Of a stretch of DNA of 64,000 nucleotides, positions 1 through 11,100 are shown one piece after another. The position numbers were made by a program, and so were the translations under genes. Each line of letters opens with the position of its first letter. Within the stretch, counting starts at the first letter, position 1. The DNA lies in NCBI GenBank assembly GCA_002269645.1, contig NIVC01003194.1:78634-142633 (forward strand), in the 5' to 3' direction. The DNA is from Macrostomum lignano. Taxonomy: Eukaryota. The notes below the pieces were generated by a model. It was not told the DNA's origin and made no database searches. It saw only the letters and a list, made by a program, of their open reading frames with translations.

Positions 1-1474
1 GACTCTAGGTCATACATGCTCAACCTCAAAATTTTACCCATCTAGTGCAACTTAGTTTTGTCCAGATTTGTGACTTAGTTCCACCTAATTGCAACTTAAT
101 TTTCACTTTGTATATGATTTTTCTTGCCTTTTTCTCTTTTCTTCTCTTTCTTTCTCCTATTTTCCCTCACTCCCATCTGTTCTCCCTTCATTTATTTTCT
201 TTTTATTTTTTTCTCCTTTCTTTCTTCCCCCAATTTTTCATTTTTGCCATTTTTGATTTTGCAACTTACCTTGGCCAGCGGCCATTTTAACTATCTAGTT
301 TGGATGGGTTGGACATTTCTTGGGCATGTATGCTCTAGGTCAACTATGACTAACAAGTCTATCTTGGTTAAGAAAACCATGTTAATAGATTTTATATCAA
401 ACAAACAATTCTTTATTAATATAACTTTACCAAACATCAAAGTCAATAATCAATATTTTATCAACTTTTGTCCAAAACATTAGAGGTCAAATAGGCTAGT
501 TCCAAATTATGCTAGTTCCAAAAGCTAGAAAAAATATTTATAGCCTATATGAGCATTACCAAAAGGTTATTAATATTAAGGGACATTATGCTATATAATA
601 GCTTATTTAACTACAATTGCAAGCTCTTTTATATTTATATCTATGATATTCATATTACTCATGATACACAATATAATATTGAGTTTAAAAAGGTTTTTTG
701 TCTTTTAAAAATAATTTATAATAAAACATTTATTTATAAAAATAAAAGATTTAGAAAAAGTCAAACAACTTAACTCAAGACTAAGTTAAAAACTCAAATA
801 AGCTAGGCTTAATTAGAATATAAATTTAAATCAGTCAATTAGCAAAACTTTACAAAATATGCAGCAGGTAAAAAAGAAAAAAATGATATAAATCTAAGCA
901 TATTTTTTAATTTTCTAGATTGACATATTGGTGTATGCAACACTAAAATAAAAAATATATCCTACTAAATACTTAATCTTGGTCTCACGACTCTCACACT
1001 CTTACTCTTACTCTCTTCGCTTTTTAGGTTATGTGGACTAATTTGAAATCTTAAGCATTCAGTATAGTGTATAGCAGGATTCGATTAATTATTCTATAAT
1101 AAATATTTAATATAGAACAAGTTTATTACGAAATAAAACAGAAAATTAAAACTTTAATCATGCCCTTAGGTTCTTAGAAGTGTATTTATCTTATTAATTA
1201 TTAAACGTATAGAAAAATAGTAAGGTTTACTATTTTACACTTGGTACCAGGGTAGCGTCACAACTTTAGTGTAAAGGTTGTAGTTTCTTTGTTTAAGCGC
1301 AGCGATAACTAAGTATAGTAACAATTTTCAAATTGCAGACGAGGCAATTGTCAAGGTAAGGATCGAACCGTGAGCCGTTTCTATAAATGACTGTCGGAAG
1401 GCACCAAAATTGCGCGTCGAATTATAAAAGAGAAGTTTTCTTTCTTTCGTAAGCTACTTTCGGTCGACCATATT

Positions 1475-2081
1475 ATGTCTGCCGATAAAGATTGTCAAAC
1501 AAAATCAGAAGTCGATTTGTGTATCTTCAAAGATATTTTTCGCCGGGCAGATAAAAACGGTAAATTCAACATTTCGCTCAGTTGTGATTATAAGTTTAAG
1601 AATCGAGTTTTATGTTTTAGGCAGGTTTTGAGTCTGAGTTTAAGCACCGACGCGCGATTTTGAATTGCAGACGATGGAGCAATTTCCTGGACTGAGTTTG
1701 TGTCATACTTTTCTGATGGGATCGTAACCGACGATGGAATGCGCAACCTGTTCAATGAAATCGATTCTCATAACACAAAGTGAGTAAAAACTAAGTAAAG
1801 CCTTATGGCTACGTGTTAAATGTACATATATGGTGTATTTATTTTAAGTTGGAGGCTAAATGCCACCTTCTCGAAAAAAATTATAGCTAGGCACAGTAAA
1901 AGGCGAGAAATGCGATCTAAATTCGAAAGATTATGTCGATCTAAGAGCCTCAGACTATATAAATTGCTTATAAAACATTAAAAACCTATTTAGGATTCTT
2001 CTAAAGCTTGAAACCGGCATTTCTGTAGAAGAGGCTCGCATTCCACGATCAATTTAAGCCCCAGAATTTCTGACCACTTGA

Positions 2082-2118
<37 letters not shown>

Positions 2119-5100
2119 TGAGAGAGAGAGAGATAGAGAGAGAGAGTGAGAGAGAATTAATTCCCCGCGGGGGATTTGACACAAAACTTCTCTTGAAATC
2201 GAAGCCTAGGAAACTGATCGCCTGAAACCACAAAAAGTGCAATTTTGCCAGAGTCTGCTTCTCGGGCGGCTGCTTCAGTGCGATAAAATAAAAATGATGG
2301 TTATTGAATTCTCTGCCACCCATTTCATCCATTTAATTGCATTTTTACGATATCGATCCAGAGTCCAACGCTCCGGGTTTTTGCTTCGCAGCTGCCTTCT
2401 TAATTCCGGAAAATAGCTATCTAAATCTAAACAGTCTGTGTCCATATGTGTCATAGGCCCCCATCTGTAAATTGGCGCCCTCATCTGTGGCGCCCCATCC
2501 ATCCATACGTGGCGCCACTATCCATCCATAACTGTGGCGCCCCTATCCATCCATCACTGTGGCGCCCCATCCATAGCTGTGGCGCCCCTATCCATTCATC
2601 ACTGTGGCGCCCCATCCATCACTGTGGCGCCCCCATCCATAACTGTGGCGCCCCCATCCATAACTGTGGCGCCCCTATCCATCCATCACTGTGGCGCCCC
2701 ATCCATCACTGTGGCGCCCCCATCCATAACTGTGGCGCCCCCATCCATAACTGTGGCGCCCCTATCCATCCATCACTGTGGCGCCCCTATCCATCCATCA
2801 CTGTGGCGCCCCATCCATCATAACTGTGGTGCCCCCATCCATCCAAAACTGTGGTGCCCCCATCCATCCAAAACTGTGGCGCCCCATCCATCACTGTGGC
2901 GCCCCATCCGTAACTGTGGCGCCCCATCCATCACTGTGGCGCCCCATCCATCACTGTGGCGCCCCATCCATCACTGTGGCGCCCCATCCACCACTGTGGC
3001 ACTCCCATCCATCACTGTGGCGCCCCATCCATCACTGTGGCGCCCCATCCATCACTGTGGCGCCCCCACCCATCATAGCTGCGGCGCCCCTATTAGAAGA
3101 ACTGTAGCGCCCCCATCCATTTCTGAATTCAGAGCCTTCGTCAAGACACAAATTATAAACCTAAAGTCACCCGGCTAACGGAGCAATGAATAACAGTATA
3201 AAAATCACACAAATATTTCAGTCGCTAGAGAAACCATACCCAGTCAAGCGCGAAGCTCCCAAACGAACTGGATTTTTTATAATTCCTTCATTACCCAACT
3301 CTCACCCAATGCTCCCAAGCAAATGGATTTACTAATAATAATAGTAGACTCTAACGATATGACTGCAGGAGAAAGTGCAGATCAAGGAGGGAGAGATACA
3401 AGAGCCAGAGCTCAGCATCTGGGATCATCATCAGTAGCACGTTCTCCTATCATCAGCCTCTTCCCCATGCGGCCCACCGGATCAAGTGTGACAGCTCCCA
3501 ATTAGGGGAGAGAATGGGTTCGGTTGATTCCCCGTAATCCCAATCTGCACCGGGTAGGCTGTTCTCCTTCCCTCTTGGTGAGCACTGGTTCCCAGTTCCT
3601 GTCTTTTATTTGGCTTCTTCAACAATAATGGAGATTTACCTGACCATTTTCTGTTGAATTCGCAGCAACTGAGCTGAAACTTATGGTTTTTAACTGAGGG
3701 AGTTAGAGTTCAGGCTCCTGGGGTGAAGCGTTACACCGCTGAAGCAACCCTGAGGTTGAAGGCAATTATGGTAAACCTGACAACAATGAAGCGACCCCGA
3801 GGTCACGGAAGAAAAATTGTAATCAGGGAAATCCTGAAGCCTTATAAGCAACAATGAGGCCTTTAGAGTGACCCCGAAGTCATTAAGGCGACCCTGAAGG
3901 TCATAAAAGCGACACTGAAGTTATAAGGGCGACCCTAAGGTCATAAAGGCGATCCTGAGGTCATAAAGGCGACCCTGAGGTCATAAAGACGACCCTGAGG
4001 TTATAAAGGCGACCCTGAGGTCATAAAAACGACCCTGAGGTCATGAAGGCGACCCTGAGGTCATGAAGGCGACCCTGATGTCATAAAGGCGACCCTGAGG
4101 TCATAAAGGCGATCCTGAGGTTCAAAAGACGCTATGCGATCATAAAAGTGACCCCTGAGGTCATAAAGACGACCTTGAGGTCATAAAGGCGACCTTGAAG
4201 TCATAAAGACGACCCTGAGGTCATAAAGACGACCCTGAAGTCATAAAGGCAACCCTGAGTTCATAAAGGCGACCCTGAAGTCATAAAGGCAACCCTGAGG
4301 TCATAAAGGCGACCCTGAGGGCATAAAGGCGACCCTGAGGTCATAAAGACGACCCTGAGGTCATAAAGACGACCCTGAGGTCATAAAGGCGACCCTGAGG
4401 TCATAAAGACGACCCTGAGGTCATAAAGGCGACCCTGAGGTCATAAAGGCGACCCTGAGGTCATAAAGGCGACCCTGAGGTCATAAAGGCGACCCTGAGG
4501 TCATTAGGATGCCTCAACTTTCCGCCGCAGCAACATCGACACGCACGAGCTGTGCATCTACTTCACGGAGAGACTGGGCAGTCACGAGCCGGTGTTCGAA
4601 TCGGCGGGTTCGCTCTGCCGGGCCGTGTCGGCCTCCGTCAAGTCGCTGGCCGAGACCCACGCCAGGAAGCCGCCCGCGGCGCAGTTTGTTGACCGGTTTC
4701 TGCTGCGCGAGATGTGCGCCCATCTGGAGGCTCAGCTGCAGGTTGGTAGTCTATTGCTTGATAGTCCATGGCTGACATGATTTGATAGTCCATGGCTGAG
4801 ATGAATTGATAGTCCATAGCTGACATGATTTGGTAGTCCATGGCTGACATGATTTGATAGTCCATGGCTGACATGACTTGATAGTCCATGGCTGACATGA
4901 TTTGATAGTCCATGGCTGACATGATTTGATAGTCCATGGCTGAGATGAATTGATAGTCCATAGCTGACATGATTTGGTAGTCCATGGCTGACATGATTTG
5001 ATAGTCCATGTCTGACATGACTTGATAGTCCATGGCTGACATGATTTGATAGTCCATGGCTGACATGATTTGATAGTCCATGGCTGACATGACTTGATAG

Positions 5101-8100
5101 TCCATGGCTGACATGACTTGATAGTCCATGGCTGACATGACTTGATAGTCCATGGCTGACATGATTTGATAGTCCATGGCTGAGATGATTTGATAGTCCA
5201 TGGCTGACATGATTTGATAGTCCATGGCTGACATGATTTGATAGTCCATGGCTGACATGACTTGATAGTCCATGGCTGAGATGATTTGATAGTCCATGGC
5301 TGACATGATTCGATAGTCCATGGCTGACATGATTTGATAGTCCATGGCTGACATGATTTGATAGTCCATGGCTGAGATGATTTGATAGTCCATGGCTGAC
5401 ATGATTTGATAGTCCATGGCTGACATGATTTGATAGTCCATGGCTGACATGACTTGATAGTCCATGGCTGAGATGACTTGATAGTCCATGGCTGAGATGA
5501 CTTGATAGTCCATGGCTGACATGATTTGATAGTCCATGACTGACAAGATTTGATAGTCCATGGCTGAGATGACTTGATAGTCCATGGCTGAGATGATTTG
5601 ATAGTCCATGACTGACAAGATTTGATAGTCCATGGCTTAGATGACCCTAACCGACCCTCCCAGGTGTTGCGCAACGCTCATGAGAGTCTGTGCCGACGTG
5701 CCCGCGAGTCCGCCTCATCAGCCGCGGGGCAGTCAGCCATGCCAGACGGTGGCCCAGCCGCCTCCTCCGTGATGATGCCGCCAACGCCGCAGTCGCCGCC
5801 ACCACCACCACCGAGGCCGCCACCACCGGCCGGGTCAGAGCATCATCAGCAGCATCAGCAGCATCAAAATCAAGTAAACAAGCACCATCAGTCTCCGTCT
5901 CGAAGTCAGGAGCCGCTGAAGTCGCGTCCTCAGCAGCAGCAGCAGGCGCCGCAGTCGCCAAGAATCGTGGACGGCAGCGTGGACTCGGGTCCCGGAGACC
6001 TGGACCTGGACGGCTGCCTGCACTGGGAGGTGGCGCGGCTGCAGCGGCTGCTGGACCGGCTGGAAAGTCGGACAGCTCTGGTCACCGGGCGGACACGAAT
6101 TGAGGAGGCTGTGCTGGATGAGGATGAAGCCATGGTGAGGCCCAGAAACGAGGTGTACATACAGGCTGCTCATACAGGGTGTAGTCGTTGTAGAGTCAGA
6201 CCGCTGATCTTCTACGTACTTTGGTCTTTGACCAATGTATCGAGAAAGGCGTACAGGTGTAACGTGAGAAGCAGCAGGTGCTGGGGGCGATCTGCTGCAT
6301 CATCCCCCAGTCTGCTCAAATCGATCGAGTCTGCTGAAGCAGCGGCTCACATCCTTTGAGCCAATACAGGGGACATGAGGGAAATATTTCCCAATCATCT
6401 ATTTCCCATTTATTCCCCTGCAACCTGTGCGGGGCACAGTGCCGGGTCACAGACACGGGTATTTAATAATCATATATGCGACATCAAAGCTGCAGAGTGG
6501 ATTTGCAGCAGGGAGTGCAGGGTGGCTGCTGGCAAAGCGCCCGGACTGCAATGGAAAACATTGGGGATCGTAGGTGATGGGGGGTGCAGAAAAGTGCGCC
6601 TCTTGAACCTCCATTGCGCGCGCGCTCTCCCTCTGTCCCTCTCTCTCTGCATCTAGCTGGGTTGGAAAATTCTAACCCAGCGTTGCCTCAGTCTCCCTTG
6701 TGCATTTTCACTGGTGTGACTGTGCTTGTGTGTGTGAGTTCAGCTAGCATGAGCAGTGCATGCGGGGCCGCAAGCAGAGAACTCAGCTCAGAGAAAATTG
6801 AGGAATAAATCTCCCATGAGGCTGGTTAGGGGGAGCATGGGGATTTGAGATTGTGCTGAAAGAAGTATGTGACGCCTCAGTGAATGGTTTCCCTTCTTCT
6901 GCAGTAATCCCGTTAGCTCAAATGGCTCAAGCTCAAAAAGGTTCTCTCCTACATGTTTTAGATAGCCGAATAGCAAATGGGAATTAAGTCAGTCAGTCAG
7001 TCAGTCAGTCAGTCAGTCAGTCAGTCAGTCAGTCAGTCAGTCAGTCAGTCAGTCAGTCAGTCAGTCAGTCAGTCAGTCAGTCAGTCAGTCAGTCAGTCAG
7101 TCAGTCAGTCAGTCAGTCAGTCAGTCAGTCAGTCAGTCAGTCAGTCAGTCAGTCAGTCAGTCAGTCAGTCAGTCAGTCAGTCAGTCAGTCAGTCAGTCAG
7201 TCAGTCAGTCAGTCAGTCAGTCAGTCAGTCAGTCAGTCAGTCAGTCAGTCAGTCAGTCAGTCAGTCAGTCAGTCAGTCAGTCAGTCAGTCAGTCAGTCAG
7301 TCAGTCAGTCAGTCAGTCAGTCAGTCAGTCAGTCAGTCAGTCAGTCAGTCAGTCAGTCAGTCAGTCAGTCAGTCAGTCAGTCAGTCAGTCAGTCAGTCAG
7401 TCAGTCAGTCAGTCAGTCAGTCAGTCAGTCAGTCAGTCAGTCAGTCAGTCAGTCAGTCAGTCAGTCAGTCAGTCAGTCAGTCAGTCAGTCAGTCAGTCAG
7501 TCAGTCAGTCAGTCAGTCAGTCAGTCAGTCAGTCAGTCAGTCAGTCAGTCAGTCAGTCAGTCAGTCAGTCAGTCAGTCAGTCAGTCAGTCAGTCAGTCAG
7601 TCAGTCAGTCAGTCAGTCAGTCAGTCAGTCAGTCAGTCAGTCAGTCAGTCAGTCAGTCAGTCAGTCAGTCAGTCAGTCAGTCAGTCAGTCAGTCAGTCAG
7701 TCAGTCAGTCAGTCAGTCAGTCAGTCAGTCAGTCAGTCAGTCAGTCAGTCAGTCAGTCAGTCAGTCAGTCAGTCAGTCAGTCAGTCAGTCAGTCAGTCAG
7801 TCAGTCAGTCAGTCAGTCAGTCAGTCAGTCAGTCAGTCAGTCAGTCAGTCAGTCAGTCAGTCAGTCAGTCAGTCAGTCAGTCAGTCAGTCAGTCAGTCAG
7901 TCAGTCAGTCAGTCAGTCAGTCAGTCAGTCAGTCAGTCAGTCAGTCAGTCAGTCAGTCAGTCAGTCAGTCAGTCAGTCAGTCAGTCAGTCAGTCAGTCAG
8001 TCAGTCAGTCAGTCAGTCAGTCAGTCAGTCAGTCAGTCAGTCAGTCAGTCAGTCAGTCAGTCAGTCAGTCAGTCAGTCAGTCAGTCAGTCAGTCAGTCAG

Positions 8101-11100
8101 TCAGTCAGTCAGTCAGTCAGTCAGTCAGTCAGTCAGTCAGTCAGTCAGTCAGTCAGTCAGTCAGTCAGTCAGTCAGTCAGTCAGTCAGTCAGTCAGTCAG
8201 TCAGTCAGTCAGTCAGTCAGTCAGTCAGTCAGTCAGTCAGTCAGTCAGTCAGTCAGTCAGTCAGTCAGTCAGTCAGTCAGTCAGTCAGTCAGTCAGTCAG
8301 TCAGTCAGTCAGTCAGTCAGTCAGTCAGTCAGTCAGTCAGTCAGTCAGTCAGTCAGTCAGTCAGTCAGTCAGTCAGTCAGTCAGTCAGTCAGTCAGTCAG
8401 TCAGTCAGTCAGTCAGTCAGTCAGTCAGTCAGTCAGTCAGTCAGTCAGTCAGTCAGTCAGTCAGTCAGTCAGTCAGTCAGTCAGTCAGTCAGTCAGTCAG
8501 TCAGTCAGTCAGTCAGTCAGTCAGTCAGTCAGTCAGTCAGTCAGTCAGTCAGTCAGTCAGTCAGTCAGTCAGTCAGTCAGTCAGTCAGTCAGTCAGTCAG
8601 TCAACTCTCTAGCGTGTCCTCTCCCTCATCACACCCCCTGACTTCATTCGCTTTTGAGCCCAGAAGAAAATTGGACTGCCGCTACACTAATTAGCGCCAG
8701 AGGAGAGGCATGCAGCCAGCATGGATTCCTACCGCCAGCTTTGAGCATTTCGGCTTTTTTCTCAACTCGTCGAGTCGATGATGAGGGAGCGCGTTAGACA
8801 GAACTCTAAGTGTAGCTGGGAAGGGACTTTTAGGGGACTAATGATGGGGGACTTTAGAGCATACACAGTCGCTAGTTTTGCAAGCGATAATGCATGGTCA
8901 AAGAGGAACTTTTCAACCACAGCAGGCGTACACGTGTACGCCTTTCCACATCTCAGAGGGCAGAGCACATTTGCAAATCATTCAATTCACTTTCTTCTCA
9001 CTTAACCTGCTGTAAAAGTTACAGCTGCATTTCCGCGCACTTGTCCTCACCTCAGCCTCCCCCCCCCCTTTCATCGCAGATCCTCATCGTGCGCCGCCGG
9101 CTGGCAGTCCAGGAAGAGCAGCTGGCCTCATTTCTGTCCGCCGTGAGGAAGTACTCGAGCCAGCTTGAAGGTGTCACATCCTGCCTCTTGTAAGTCGCGC
9201 GTGTGGACGCTTCGTTTGACCTGCCATGCCCGCATGTGCATGTATCTGTGTTCTCATCTCCGTGTTCTCCCTCCTCCTTCATCTGCCAGCTCTCATTCTC
9301 TCTTCCCCTAATCCCCTTCATCCGGGTTGTCGATACAATTGAACAAGAAAAACAAGAGCCTATCTGCTACATGTAGCTTGTAATTTTTGTGTCGGGGGGC
9401 TTTTTTGGAGGGTAGAGGGGGTAGGAAGGGAGAGAGCGGAGACGAATCTTGAGCTTAAGATGAGCACTGCAATTTCTACTGCATGCATGTATTCACCGGG
9501 GTTGAAATGTGAGTCAGTTGATTAATGCAGACAAGTCCTGTGCCGTATTGTGCTTACATGTATGCATGCTTTGACAGAAGGGACACATTAGGTACTAAAT
9601 ATTAGAGTTGCCTTTAAGGTGTACATTACGTACTTCAGTAGATAAAGGTTTTAGAAGCGAGTTTTCGGTGGGCTATGAGGTAGATAGCTTGAGTTTGCAG
9701 TGGAGTGTGAGGTAGATAGCTTGAGTTTGCAGTGGAGTGTGAGGTAGATAGCTTGAGTTTGCAGTGGAGTGTGAGGTAGATAGCTTGAGTTTTCAGTGGA
9801 GTGTGAGGTAGATAGCTTGAGTTTGCAGTGGAGTGTGAGGTAGATAGCTTGAGTTTTCAGTGGAGTGTGAGGTAGATAGCTTGAGTTTGCAGTGGAGTGT
9901 GAGGTAGATAGCTTGAGTTTGCAGTGGAGTGTGAGGTAGATAGCTTGAGTTTGCAGTGGAGTGTGAGGTAGATAGCTTGAGTTTGCAGTGGAGTGTGAGG
10001 TAAATAGCTTGAGTTTGCAGTGGAGTGTGAGGTAAATAGCTTGAGTTTGCAGTGGAGTGTGAGGTAGATAGCTTGAGTTTGCAGTGGAGTGTGAGGTAGA
10101 TAGCTTGAGTTTGCAGTGGAGTGTGAGGTAGATAGCTTGAGTTTGCAGTGGAGTGTGAGGTAGATAGCTGGAGTTTGCAGTGGAGTGTGAGGTAGATAGC
10201 TTGAGTTTGCAGTGAGTTGTGAGGTAGATAGCTTGAGTTTGCAGTGAATTGTGGGGTAGATAAATGAGTTTGCAGTGGGTTTAGGGAGATGGTTCTTGTA
10301 TTAGGAGTGAGCTATGCAGAAGCAAATTAACCAGGGGCTTATAGCAGATACGGCCTAACAATGCCAGATGATATCGCACAGCATCAACCCCCCCCCCAGC
10401 ATGATGTATTGATTACTATCCCTGGGCAAAGCTCGCATGCGGAGCAGTTGGGATTAATATACAATCCTGTCAGGATCCTTTATGAAATTTAGAACATACT
10501 GGCACCAAATCTCCCACGTGAACAATAGAAAATCGCAATTACTCATTGACGCGTGCAAAAACATACATTTTATGTATGGCTTTGATGAAGCTTAAGTTAA
10601 CTGGGTTCTGCATGACAGAGTTTTCATGCATCTTAGGCAGTTATAAGGTGTATCCCCAATCGCTATATAACCTGGATAAACAACATTAGCTATAAGTCAG
10701 GTTGGCAGTAGCTAGTCCTGCGCCAGATAACAGGGGCCAACATATTCATATATGCTCGGACTCTTCAAGACCAGAGTCTCTGGCTAAGCTCTCAGCTTCT
10801 GTATTATTCATAGTCTTTTTCTTTGACTTAGCCCTGATGAGGTCGCAGAGAGCCTCCTTGTCTCTGTCAACAGCCGCCCCTGGAGCCAGAAGTTTATTTG
10901 AGTAATTGCCTCAGCCAGGAGGCTCCATTGCTCTCTGTGAAAGAGAAACTTGAAATACAGTAGCCCTATAGCAAACAAAAATAGCACCTAGCCCTGGCAA
11001 TTATCCATTTGAAGCAATAAATACAGCAAATGTAAATACCCATAGCAACCATAAAATAGCCCTAGCAATCATAAATAGCCCTAGCAACCATAAATATCCC

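Noticed and set aside
4638-5674. Long MDYQIMSA and PWTIKSCQ ORFs
   Set aside because: Stop-free frames of a 24-bp intronic minisatellite, antisense to NECAB.
6135-6359. Extension of the NECAB exon 4 ORF to 6359
   Set aside because: A good donor (ATG|gtgagg) at 6135 joins in phase to the conserved ABM exon at 9080; the extension has no family similarity.
6977-8641. 554-aa SVSQ-repeat ORF
   Set aside because: It is the translation of the (AGTC)n microsatellite inside NECAB intron 4.
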